Of a stretch of 64,000 bases of DNA, positions 17,173-29,083 are shown in pieces (position 1 is the first letter of the stretch; every line of letters begins with the position of its first letter). The notes under the pieces were generated by a model. It had not been told where the DNA came from. It ran no database searches and worked only from the letters and a program-made list of their open reading frames with translations. Made by a program: the position numbers and the translations under genes. Source of the stretch: Piromyces finnis finn (taxonomy: Eukaryota > Fungi > Neocallimastigomycota); NCBI GenBank assembly GCA_002104945.1, contig MCFH01000043.1, positions 248,001 through 312,000 on the forward strand. Reading direction: 5' to 3'.

Positions 17173-20100
17173 AAATCAAACCAATACTACTTTTGCTACA
17201 ATATCAGTACCAGTAAATGAAGAAATTACTATTCCAGTAATAAGAAAAGCTAAAAAGAATACTGATATTAAACCATATAAAAGAACTACCAAAGAAAAAT
17301 TAAGTGATAATCCACAACCAATTAGAGTTCCAAGTAATGAGACTAGAGAACCATTAAATAATACTTATGAAGATATAATTGAAGTTCCAAATAATGAAGT
17401 AGAAATGGAGACTGTAATTGAAAATGAAAATAATAATAATAATAATAATCTTAATAATAATTATAATAATAATATTAATAATAATATGAGTATGAATAAT
17501 GACACTAATATAAATAATAATGAAAGTAATAAAATAGATAATAACATTAATGATAATAATATTAATAATAACACTAATTCAACAGAAGCATTAAAACAAT
17601 TAGATCCTTCATTCATTAATCAACCCACTATAGATAAAGCTAAACGAAATAATAAAAAAGAACGAGAAAAGGAAATAATTGAACTAGCAAAAGAGATTGA
17701 ACTTCCGAGTCAAAAGGAAAAAAATGTATCAAATGAAAAAGGAACAAAAAGATTAGTTATTTCAGCAGATCAAGAAAAATATAATATAACTAAAGATATA
17801 GGTGAAAAATTTGCAAATATAACAATAGGCCAACTACTTGAAATTAGTCCTAAATTGAAAACGGAACTTTCAAAAGCATTAAAATTTACTAAAATTATTG
17901 AGGATGAATCTACAATTCTTTCCACCATAAGAAAAGATAAAGTTGTGAAATCAAAATGCAAAATAGAAGGAATAGAAACTACTGTATATTTGGATTCCTG
18001 TTCATCTATAAATATGATTACTAGAAGATTCTTATTAGAAAATAATATTCCATTAAAACCAGTTTCAAAAATTAGAGAAACTTTATATCAAGCTTATTCC
18101 AATACTACTATTGAGTCGCATCTATATGAAATTGAAATTACTATTGGTAATATAACATCTAAAGAAATATTTAGACTTATTGAAAAAGAAGATATATTCC
18201 AGGTCTTAATTGGTGTAGAAACTTTAGCTAATATGAAATTAATTATGGACTTTTCTGATCATACTTTATATCAGAAAACTGATGATATTCACAAAATTGG
18301 ATCTTTTGAAAGTATTAATGAAATGAATCAAACTAATTTAATAGAAGAATTTGATGAAGAAATTAATCAAGATGCATTAATATATTACTTAACTAGTCAG
18401 AATGATAAATATCAAGATTTAGAAATTAAAACTACTAGTGATTCTAAATTACAACTTATTAATAAAATAGTTGATGAAACACAAAAAGAAGCAAAAGACC
18501 AACTGAAGAATCTTTTAATAACTAATATAGATGTTTTAGCTAATGATACTGATGATTTGGGTAAATCAAAATTATTAGCTCATGAAATTAAATTAAATCA
18601 AGATGATCCTATTAAACAGAAAATGTATCGTATTTCTAATAAAGAACATATGGAAATTCTAAAAGAAGAAATAGGAAAGCTTTTAAAGAATGATTTAATA
18701 GAACCATCACAATCATCTTGGTCTTCTCCAGTTTTATTAGTACCAAAAAAGAATGGAAAATGGAGGATGTGTGTAGATTATAGAAAATTAAATTCTATAA
18801 CAATAAAAGATTCATATCCACTTCCATACATCGAAGAAATATTATTTTCTATTGGTAATAATGTAAAATATTTATCTACATTAGATTTATTCTCTGGTTT
18901 TCATCAAATACCAATGAAAAAAGAAGATATTGATAAAACATGTTTTACAACAATATTTGGAAATTATAATTACAAAGTAATGCCTTTTGGTTTATGTAAT
19001 GCTCCAGCAACCTTTCAAAGAGAAATGAACCGTATATTTCTACCACTTATTGGAAAATGTTTATTTGTTTATATGGATGACCTTTTAGTATTTTCTCCAA
19101 GTCTTGAACAACATATATTAGATCTTCAAAAGGTTTTTAATATAATAAAAGAAAATGGTATAAAAGCAAATCTTTCTAAATGTCATTTCTTAAAACAAGA
19201 AGTAGAGGTCCTTGGTCATATTCTATCAGTAGAAGGTGTCAAACCAGTTGAAAAGAAAATTGAAACTATTAAAAATTGGAAGTCACCAACAAACCTTACA
19301 CAGCTAAGATCATTTTTAGGAGCTATAGGATATTACAGGAAGTTTATAAAAGATTTTGCCCAAATTGCTCATCCATTATTTAAATTATTAAAAAAGGGTA
19401 TGAAATTTGAATGGACATCTGAAACTGAACAAAGTTTCCAAATACTAAAAGAAAGACTGACTAAGTCTCCTATTTTAAAATATCCTGACTATGATAAATA
19501 TTTTATTATAAGAACTGATGCATCACTTAATGGTATTGGTGGTGTATTACTTCAAAAAGATGAAAATAATGTTGAACATCCAATTCATTATGTTAGTAGG
19601 TCTTTAAATGATAGTGAAATTAATTATAGTATAACTGACTTAGAAGGAACCGCAGCTTTTTATTGTTGTAAGAAATTTAAATCTTATATAAGTGGGAATA
19701 AAGAAGAAACGATATTATATACTGACCATAAACCTTTAGTTGGCTTATTTAATAATAAAGAACCAAATAATGCTCGTCAAACACGCTGGGTTACTACACT
19801 TAGTATGCTCAAGGTAAAAGTCAAATATGAACAAGGAAAGAAAAATGTAGTCGCTGATGCATTATCTAGACTAATACCAGACAATAAAAATGATATAAAA
19901 ATGTCACTAGCTACCTTTAATAATAATGATGGTGAAACTACTAAAAATAATATTTTAAATTCAAATAAAGATTTTTACTCTAAAAATAATGAAAATATAG
20001 TTTATTCTTGTAATTTTAATAATTCATGTATTAATGATAATAAAATAAATAAAAATAATAATATTAATCCTTATATTGATAAAAACATTGACTTAAATAA

Positions 20101-21835
20101 AAATTCTTGTGTTAATGAAAGTGTAAATTCAATTAAAAATCCTAAACTTAATAATGTTGATTTAAATAATTATATTTCTACTAATAATAATATAAATTTT
20201 AAAAACGATATTGATAAGGGCCAGAATAATAATTATTTTAAAAATAATGAAATAAATAAATTATCTGACTATGATAATGGTACTGTTTATAATAAAGTAA
20301 TGAATAGTGATATCAATGACTTAAATAACACTTGCTACTTAAATAATAAAATAGATATAAATAAAAATGATTTTCCTAAATTAAATGAAAATACTACAAC
20401 TAACTATTATAATTCTAACATCCACAATAATAATAATCTTAATAAAATTCATTCATTTGAACCATCTAATATTTTTAATATTGATAAAAATAATTATTTT
20501 AATATAGAAAATAAAATAAAAATATCCTCCGTTTCATTTGAAAATGAAAAAGAAGAAGTATTAGATAATGATACTGACTTAGAAGCTGTACTTGTAACTG
20601 AAGTAACTGATACATCTATTGGTACCACCAGTGAAAATAATTCTAATGAATATCCAGGAAGTAATAAAATTAAAGACTTTCTTAAAAAGAAAATTATCTT
20701 AATAAATGGAATAAAGTACTATAAAGATGGTGACAATATCAGAAAAGTTGTTGAAGATAAAGAAGAGAAAATAGAATTACTATTAGCTGCACATTCAATA
20801 GGTCATGAAGGATTTTATAAAACTTATAACCGATTAAAGAAAAATTATTATTGGAAAAATATGTCTAAAGATGTAGAACTACTTGTAAAAACTTGCCATG
20901 ATTGTCAATTAAAGAGACCTCAATCTATTAATAGTGGTACTGAATCATTTGCTACAAAACCAGGTCTACCATTCACTAGAGTTGGTTTAGATATTATTGG
21001 ACCACTACCAATAACTAAAAATAATAATAAATATATAATAGTACTTGTAGACTATTTTACCAAATGGGTTGAAGCTGAACCACTAAAGTCAATTGAATCT
21101 ACGGATGTTATAAAATTTCTTACAAATGTATTTTCTAGACATGGTACTCCGGAAATATTAATTACTGATAATGGTCCACAATTTACTTCTGATGCTACTA
21201 AAGGCTTCCTTGATTTATATGGTATATATGTTCAATATTCTAGCACTTATCATCCAGAAACAAATGGGCAAGTAGAAAATCGTAATAGAGAAATTGTTAA
21301 AAATATTCGACTACTAGGAAACTCAAATAAAGAATGGGACGAAGTTCTACAATCTGCTCTATGGGCTCTACGTACTTGTAAAAATGAAGTAACAAAATTT
21401 TCTAGTTTTGAATTATTATATGGTCGTACTGACCTTCAACCATTTGAACTTATGATAGAATATAATAATAAAAATGAATACGAAACTCCAGAAGAATATT
21501 TAATAAATAAATTTACTACACATTGGGAATGGATTATTGAAGTTACCAAAAATATTCAGAATGCTAATAAATTATGGGAAAATAGAAGAAAACAAAAAGC
21601 TTCAATGAATACTGCATTCTCAGCTGGTGATTTAGTACTTGTTAGAAATTTTTCAAGAAGAAAGTTAGATCCATTTTTCATGGGACCTTTCCGTATTATT
21701 AAAATGGAATTTAATACTGCTACATTATGTGACCCTATTAGTGGTGCAATAGCTGAAAGAAATGTTCATCAAAAGAATTTAGTTCATTATCATACTTGGC
21801 ACAATGAGACTTCCAGGGACGAAGTCCAAACTTAA
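17147..21835 (+). CDS. pol: Retrotransposon Pol: aspartic protease, reverse transcriptase, RNase H, integrase
   Basis: LDSCSS (PR); WRMCVDYRKLN and YMDDLL (RT); TDAS, TDHKPL, ADALSR (RH); H-x3-H...CxxC, LDIIG, TDNGPQF, GQVENRN (IN); GPF motif; no chromodomain. Confidence 0.97.
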   Translation: MSGRRNTPINQTNTTFATISVPVNEEITIPVIRKAKKNTDIKPYKRTTKEKLSDNPQPIRVPSNETREPLNNTYEDIIEVPNNEVEMETVIENENNNNNNNLNNNYNNNINNNMSMNNDTNINNNESNKIDNNINDNNINNNTNSTEALKQLDPSFINQPTIDKAKRNNKKEREKEIIELAKEIELPSQKEKNVSNEKGTKRLVISADQEKYNITKDIGEKFANITIGQLLEISPKLKTELSKALKFTKIIEDESTILSTIRKDKVVKSKCKIEGIETTVYLDSCSSINMITRRFLLENNIPLKPVSKIRETLYQAYSNTTIESHLYEIEITIGNITSKEIFRLIEKEDIFQVLIGVETLANMKLIMDFSDHTLYQKTDDIHKIGSFESINEMNQTNLIEEFDEEINQDALIYYLTSQNDKYQDLEIKTTSDSKLQLINKIVDETQKEAKDQLKNLLITNIDVLANDTDDLGKSKLLAHEIKLNQDDPIKQKMYRISNKEHMEILKEEIGKLLKNDLIEPSQSSWSSPVLLVPKKNGKWRMCVDYRKLNSITIKDSYPLPYIEEILFSIGNNVKYLSTLDLFSGFHQIPMKKEDIDKTCFTTIFGNYNYKVMPFGLCNAPATFQREMNRIFLPLIGKCLFVYMDDLLVFSPSLEQHILDLQKVFNIIKENGIKANLSKCHFLKQEVEVLGHILSVEGVKPVEKKIETIKNWKSPTNLTQLRSFLGAIGYYRKFIKDFAQIAHPLFKLLKKGMKFEWTSETEQSFQILKERLTKSPILKYPDYDKYFIIRTDASLNGIGGVLLQKDENNVEHPIHYVSRSLNDSEINYSITDLEGTAAFYCCKKFKSYISGNKEETILYTDHKPLVGLFNNKEPNNARQTRWVTTLSMLKVKVKYEQGKKNVVADALSRLIPDNKNDIKMSLATFNNNDGETTKNNILNSNKDFYSKNNENIVYSCNFNNSCINDNKINKNNNINPYIDKNIDLNKNSCVNESVNSIKNPKLNNVDLNNYISTNNNINFKNDIDKGQNNNYFKNNEINKLSDYDNGTVYNKVMNSDINDLNNTCYLNNKIDINKNDFPKLNENTTTNYYNSNIHNNNNLNKIHSFEPSNIFNIDKNNYFNIENKIKISSVSFENEKEEVLDNDTDLEAVLVTEVTDTSIGTTSENNSNEYPGSNKIKDFLKKKIILINGIKYYKDGDNIRKVVEDKEEKIELLLAAHSIGHEGFYKTYNRLKKNYYWKNMSKDVELLVKTCHDCQLKRPQSINSGTESFATKPGLPFTRVGLDIIGPLPITKNNNKYIIVLVDYFTKWVEAEPLKSIESTDVIKFLTNVFSRHGTPEILITDNGPQFTSDATKGFLDLYGIYVQYSSTYHPETNGQVENRNREIVKNIRLLGNSNKEWDEVLQSALWALRTCKNEVTKFSSFELLYGRTDLQPFELMIEYNNKNEYETPEEYLINKFTTHWEWIIEVTKNIQNANKLWENRRKQKASMNTAFSAGDLVLVRNFSRRKLDPFFMGPFRIIKMEFNTATLCDPISGAIAERNVHQKNLVHYHTWHNETSRDEVQT

Positions 21836-21844
21836 GTGGGGGGA
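21834..21844 (+). other. Polypurine tract
   Basis: AAGTGGGGGGA directly after the pol stop and 3 nt before the 3' LTR. Confidence 0.85.
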
Positions 21845-21847
21845 TCT

Positions 21848-22973
21848 TGATACGCTACTCACATAAAAACGTAATAAAAACTAGCCGAATAAACACGACT
21901 TAACCCATAGCGACTTATAATAAAAATAAAAGATAATAACCCTTAAAAATGAATAAATAATAATTTTATGGAAATATAACCCTTTCTTTTAAATAAATAA
22001 TATTCTCTTTATTAAATAATAAATTATGAATAAAAATGACTTAATAGAGATAATAATAAAATAAATTATTAAATAAAATAAAACAACTCAATCCAAAAAT
22101 GTATTAAAATAATAAAATAATAATAAGTAAATAAAAATGAATAAATAAACTAAAAAAATAAAATGATATACATTAAATTATTAATTCTAGTGTTTTATCC
22201 AAGTGTTCTTTAGAAATTCTTTCAAACTTATATATATAAATTAACAAATAAATAACTGAGTAATTATTACTAAAAGTGATTAATTTAAAGCCTGGAAATA
22301 GAACAATAATAACAATTTTAAAGATAAAATACAGAACTCTTTTATGTTTCTGTATAAAATGTGTTTATATTAATTGATACTTTTAATATTTGATTTTATT
22401 AATTTTATTTCAATTTTTATTTTAATTTTATTTTAATTTTATTTTAATATTATTTTAATTTTAAATTTTAATTATTTTATTCAAGGTATTATACATTTAA
22501 TGATAGTCAATGATAATTTATAATAATTTTTCTAAATTTAAACATTTTGAAGTAATAAGAAAATCAAATAAGTAATATTCTATAATATTTTATAATACTA
22601 AGACATAATTTTAATTTATTCTTTTAATTTTAATAAATAATAACAATAGTAATAATAACATTTAATAGTTAAAAATAATAATACATGTAATAAATGAAAA
22701 TGTATAAAAGGAAGATAAAATTCTTCTTTATAAGGGCGGACAATAAATAGAGAATAAAAAGACCATAAATAGACAATAAATAAATTATAAATATAATAAA
22801 GAGATAATTTAAACATAATAAAAAGAGTTTATTTTCGAGTTTTTGAGTGATTTATTTGTTAATTATAAAACATATTTTATTTTATTTTAAATTTATTGTT
22901 TCATCATAAATATTAGAATTTATTATTTATCAAAAATATTATATTATTCAAAAATATATCGGTCAACGCATCA
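21848..22973 (+). repeat. 3' LTR (1126 bp)
   Basis: Same termini as the 5' LTR; about 21 nt longer, mainly from one extra segment near 22745-22770. Confidence 0.96.
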
Positions 22974-23658
22974 TTGATAGACTAAATGCACTATAATAAT
23001 TTTTGTTGGCTGAATCATCTGCTTTTTTTTTAGGATAATTATGATACCTTTTTAAATACTTAGTTGAATTTTTTCATTTTTATTTATTCAATATGAATAC
23101 TAATTATACATAAAATTAGAGATCTTACATTTAACATTATTTCTAGAAAAAAAGTATAATACCACTTTTTTTTATTATTATTGTAATTATTATTTTCGTT
23201 ATTGTTATTTGTGGTTCTCACTTCTGACTTTTAATTAAAAAAAATCTTTTAAAAGGATACCTTGAAAAATACTTGAAAAAAAAAATAGTACTGAAAATAA
23301 ATGTATGATGAATATATTTGAAAAAAAAAATAATAATAATAATAATAATAATTTTTTTCAATTTTAAATGAATAAAAAAAAAAATGTAAATATGTAAATA
23401 ATAATATAAAATTATCTCTATAGTTGTTCTAAAATTTAATGATTATTATTTTTTTTATTTTATATATTAAGAATTTATAGTGTACAATTCGTAAGTAAAC
23501 TTGTATAAGATTAGAGCGTACATAAGATTTATATATTAAATATATATATATATAAATAATCTTTTAAAAGTGTTTTTTTTTTTTGTGGTATATAGTTCAT
23601 ATTTATATATATAGTCGAATTTCTTGTATGCAACAGTCGATTAGTATATAGTTTCAAT

Positions 23659-24243
23659 TTAGTCTTCACAATGACATACAGAAGTATCCCAATTCATCAT
23701 TTCTAAAGCTTTATCACCAATAGGACAAACACCTTTACCTGCTGCAAGTGAGTAACCGACAAGTGAGTGTAAGCATTTTACATGAGTTGGCATTCCACCT
23801 GCTGAAATATTAGCAATTTCTGGAACTTCTCCAAGTAAATTACGACGTTGAATATAACTGTCATGAGCTTTTTGGTGAGCTTCACGTAAATTTTCATCTG
23901 CTGCGATTTCCTTTGTCATTTCTTTCATAATATTTTTTACTTCTAAACGAGAAACTTCAACAATAAGTTCTGGTAAACATAAATAAAAGAAGGTTGGAAA
24001 TGGTGAACCATCTGGTAAACGTGGTGAAGTAATAGTAACAGCTGGCTTTCCACAAGCACAACGTGCACCGATAGCAATTAAACCACGAGGTTTACGTCCG
24101 AGTTGTTTTTTAACAAGTTCAACATCATCTTCACGTAATGGACTTGCGTTAATTGCAATACGTGATAATAATTCATCTGTTAATTCTACTTTTATTTCTT
24201 CATTTTTTTTTGAATTTTCAGTTTTCTTTTCTTGTGTACTCAT
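23659..24243 (-). CDS. DUF501 family protein (actinobacterial Rv1025-like), intronless, probable horizontal acquisition
   Basis: Motifs QLGRKPRG, RCACGKP, LPDGSPFPTFFYL, GGMP-x2-VKCLH and G-x-CPIGD are recognised as DUF501. Host-like A-rich start context and AT-rich codons. Confidence 0.85.
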   Translation of the reverse strand: MSTQEKKTENSKKNEEIKVELTDELLSRIAINASPLREDDVELVKKQLGRKPRGLIAIGARCACGKPAVTITSPRLPDGSPFPTFFYLCLPELIVEVSRLEVKNIMKEMTKEIAADENLREAHQKAHDSYIQRRNLLGEVPEIANISAGGMPTHVKCLHSLVGYSLAAGKGVCPIGDKALEMMNWDTSVCHCED

Positions 24244-25502
24244 TTTTTTTTCCTACTTTATTTCTATTTATATATAGTTTTTCTATTATTTCTTTTTTTA
24301 TGACAAATATTCAATATTATAAATTTTTACAAAATTAAAAAAAAAAAAAAAAAGATAAATAAATATTATTGGTTAATCATTAATTGTTGCTATTTATTTT
24401 ATATATTATGATATTGATTAAAACACATGAGCACATGATTATCATGTGTAAATCTGAAAGTTATTTATAAATAGTTAATAATAATGAAAAATTGAAAACA
24501 AGTCTAATAATTTTCACTATTACAACTATGTATATATCCTAGATTTTTGAAGGATTTAGCCAAAAATTTTAGCCAGAAGAGAAGTGACTGGCAGAATTCT
24601 AGGCAGGAAATTTTTTAAAAAGGGAGATTTTCTGGTAAAGCATTTTGTATTTTTAAGATTATAAAAAAACTATATACATTGTAGTTTTTAGAAAGATCAT
24701 CATCACTAAAATATTTCTTTAATCAAGATTTTTTAAAATAAACCAAAATATCAAGTTATTATGAAAACCTTATAATAAAATAATAAAATTTCCTCAAAAA
24801 ATTTTCATTAAAAAAATATATTTTGAACAAATAATGAAAAAAAATACCTTTTTATAAACAACAGACTAAAATAAAAAAAGCAAAAGACATCTGTCATAAT
24901 AAAAAAAAAAAATTTAATAAAAATAAAAACCAAAACATAAAAATTTCTTTTAAAAAAAATATAAAACTACAAAATACACGATTAAATATTTTTAGCCATT
25001 AAACATTTTTTTTTTGTTTTGTTTTGTTTTAAATGTTCATTAAATTTTATTTTTATTTAATTTTTTATGTATGCCTATATATATATATTTATTCCTATAT
25101 ATATAATATATAATATTTAATCTTTATTTATATATATTTATTTATTTATATATATATAAATAGATTTTGTTCCATTATTATTAATTTAATACGAAAAAAA
25201 CTATTATATAAAATAATAGTTAATGAGATAATTATGTTGTTTTTTTTATTATTAAATGTATAATTATAAAAAAAAGATATTTATGATTTTTAATTTTTTT
25301 TTCTTTTAATTATAAAAAAAATGATAGGTTATTATTACTTTTTAAACTTTTTGTTTAACGATAAAAATGAATAAAAACAAAGGAAATTGATTTTATAAAT
25401 AAAAAAGAATATAGCATTCTTTATATGGTTATTGTTAAATGTATTTTTGATTTTAATTAACAAAACATAATATATAAATAAATTATTTATATATAATTAT
25501 TT

Positions 25503-27011
25503 TCATTTATAAAAAGTATGGGTTTGAATAACATTTTTCCATAAATCAATGATTTCTTTTTCTGGATTTTCCACAACAGAAGGCTTTTTATCAATGAGAA
25601 GAGTTTTTCTCTTTTCAACATCATATTTTTCCCATGTTACTGATAATTGATCTCCGTTTGGATTACCAGTTTTAGCAAAGTTAGCAAAAGATTTGTGTAC
25701 CATATTATATAAAAGTTTTCTAGAACTTGGTCTGGTCAAAAACCAAAGTGTATTCATTGAGTATTCATTATCCAAAAATGTCATTGAAATATCTATACCA
25801 TGAGTAGCTTTAAGACCAATAGCTCTAAATAATATTGGCATATAATCAAAACGATACATCCAAACATCTTGGTTATTTTGGCTAACAATATCAGCAACTT
25901 CTAAAGATCCTAATAAAAACATATAATCCTTTGCAAAATTTGCAGTTGGACTTGAATCACCTCCTTTTTTCTGTTTAAAGTAGAAATCATCAATAGCATC
26001 GAATTTATCAGACATATTGTTAAGTTCAAACATTTTTTTAATTTCTTTTTTAGTTTTTGGACATTCATGGAATAAACCAAATAATGTACCTTCATTTTTA
26101 CAAGTACCAATAAGTAACTTTACACCATCAGCAGAACCATTTTTAATAGTATTACGATAATCTTCTGGAAGTAAATCATCATAAACAAAACTTGGCCAGA
26201 ATGCACCAGGGTATTTATAAATATTACTAAATAATTTATCTGTAGCAATTTGCAAAGTTTTAATATCTAAAGTCTTAATTTTTTCAATTTCTTCAGCCTT
26301 AATGTTTAGGCAATCTAAAAACATATCCATAACTAATTTGTTTGATTTTTTAGTATGAATTGAATCTGGATAACCACTTTGAGCAATAACTTTATGGAAT
26401 AAACCTTTAGCTGAAGGACATGCCATTAATGATAAAACACTTAATGCTCCAGCACTTTCACCATTAATAGTAATATTATTTGGATCACCACCAAATGCAG
26501 AAATGTTTTCTTTAATCCATTTTAATGCCATAATTTGATCAGATAAACAACAGTTAGAGTCAAATTTTTCCTTATCATAAATAGAAAAATCAAAACATCC
26601 TAAAGGACCTAATCTATATTCAACTGAAATATATAATAGATCATCTTGAGCAAAAGTTGGGCTTGTATATGTTTCATCTTGAGCAGAAAGGAAATAAAGA
26701 TAACCACCATGAATATTTACAAAGACTGGTAAATTCTTTTTATCATTATTTTTTCTCAATATGTTTAAATAAAGACAATCTTCAGAATCAGCCTTAGTCT
26801 CAGAAATTTTTCTAAGTTTAAATTGATGGGCACGACCACCAAACTTTGAACAATCTTTAGTTCCTTCCCATGGTTCACATTCAACAGCTCTACGGAATCT
26901 TAAGTCACCAAGAGGAGGTTTAGCGTAAGGAACACCATACCAACAGTTAATACCATCTTTTTCAAAACCTTGGAGTTTTCCGTATTTTGTGTTTACTATT
27001 AAATCAGTCAT
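25503..27011 (-). CDS. Type-B carboxylesterase (para-nitrobenzyl esterase-like), intronless, no signal peptide
   Basis: GVPYAKPPLGDLRF, SEDCLYLNI, HGG, YRLGPLG, FGGDPNNITINGESAG (catalytic Ser), NEG (Glu), ATHG (His), FAKTGNPN. Confidence 0.93.
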   Translation of the reverse strand: MTDLIVNTKYGKLQGFEKDGINCWYGVPYAKPPLGDLRFRRAVECEPWEGTKDCSKFGGRAHQFKLRKISETKADSEDCLYLNILRKNNDKKNLPVFVNIHGGYLYFLSAQDETYTSPTFAQDDLLYISVEYRLGPLGCFDFSIYDKEKFDSNCCLSDQIMALKWIKENISAFGGDPNNITINGESAGALSVLSLMACPSAKGLFHKVIAQSGYPDSIHTKKSNKLVMDMFLDCLNIKAEEIEKIKTLDIKTLQIATDKLFSNIYKYPGAFWPSFVYDDLLPEDYRNTIKNGSADGVKLLIGTCKNEGTLFGLFHECPKTKKEIKKMFELNNMSDKFDAIDDFYFKQKKGGDSSPTANFAKDYMFLLGSLEVADIVSQNNQDVWMYRFDYMPILFRAIGLKATHGIDISMTFLDNEYSMNTLWFLTRPSSRKLLYNMVHKSFANFAKTGNPNGDQLSVTWEKYDVEKRKTLLIDKKPSVVENPEKEIIDLWKNVIQTHTFYK

Positions 27012-28284
27012 TTTTTTTATTAATGTTATTGATTTTTAGAAAAAAAAATATGATTTTTTATATAAATTTATTATTAATTTCGTAATAAAAATATTTTCAA
27101 AGATTTAAAAAAGAAGAAAATTTTCTTTCCTTTTATAGGATTAAATTCAAATTAAGATTTAATAAATAAATATAAAAATATATACTTTAATTGATTTATT
27201 AAATGATTTATTAAATATAATAAAAAAAGGGATAATTCAAAAAAAAAAAAAAAAAATTGCATGGGCAGTAGATTGCTTAGTATTGTGGTCAAATAATCAT
27301 ATACTTTAATTTATTTTTATTTTATAATAATAATAGTAAATTTAATTAAATCTATTTTTTTTAAAAAAAAAAAAAAGTTTATTAAAACTTAAATCCATTT
27401 ACAATAATAAAAATAACATTCTAAAGAATTCGGTTTGCTTTTTTTTTTTTTTTTTATCCTTTTTATTTTTAATTTTTTAATGAATTATGTTTCCTTTTTT
27501 TTTTTCTTTAATCTTTTTTTTTAATTTATTTATTTATTCATATGATAAAATTGTTAAACTTTCAAGTTAATTCTATAAAAAAAAACTGTGTATAAGCAAA
27601 TATCATAAAATCATATATTAATTTTTTATTATATATTCTATGTTTTATATAAAGATATTAAATGAATAATATTAAAAGTTTAATAATAATTAATATTTTT
27701 TGATACAATTAAATTGTTTATTTTATTTAAAAAAAAAAAATAGTACTCTTTATTACGGTTTATAAATTAAACAAAAAAAAAAAACTTTTCTCTTGTAATC
27801 ATCTTAAAAACTGTAATAGAAATATGAAAATTAGAAGCTATATTAATATTTAGTTTGTTCCTACTAATTCTAATGAAATGAAAAGTCAAAAATTATATCA
27901 ATATAGTATATTTAATGATAATATGGATCATCCTTTTATTATAATATTTCTTTCCACATTTCCTCTCAAATATATTAATAATTATTATACACTGGTATAA
28001 TTTATATAATATATTAATAAAAAAAATTTAATTGGTTACTATCACGAAAATAAAAATTTTAATTACATTATAAGATATACAAAAAAATTATTTAATTATA
28101 TTCAATAATAGTCTTTAGAAAAAGACAATTCTTGAATTATTATTTATTTTAACTAAATAATAATAAATAATAGTTAATATAATTATAATAAATGCTTTAT
28201 TTTGATAATTAAAAGATAAAGTTTTTTGAAAAAAAAAATTGATGGCATAATAGGATATAAATAATTTGAATTTAGAAAGCCTTT

Positions 28285-29083
<799 letters not shown>

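Larger units (their letters stand above)
13157..22973 (+). mobile_element. Full-length Ty3/gypsy LTR retrotransposon (non-chromovirus), ORFs intact
   Basis: Two ~1.1 kb direct repeats with TG...CA ends, TTGA duplicated at 13153-13156 and 22974-22977, PBS, gag, pol in PR-RT-RH-IN order, PPT. Confidence 0.97.

Noticed and set aside
16489-17961. Short alternative-frame and antisense ORFs inside gag/pol
   Set aside because: Ile-rich shadows of Asn-rich coding sequence.
21500-21847. Chromodomain or env-like third ORF
   Set aside because: Pol ends shortly after the GPF motif, and the PPT and LTR follow immediately.
24553-24575. Two TTTAGCC (GGCTAAA, XlnR-like) sites
   Set aside because: XlnR is an ascomycete regulator, and the sites lie upstream of DUF501 rather than a xylanase; a short motif may be chance.
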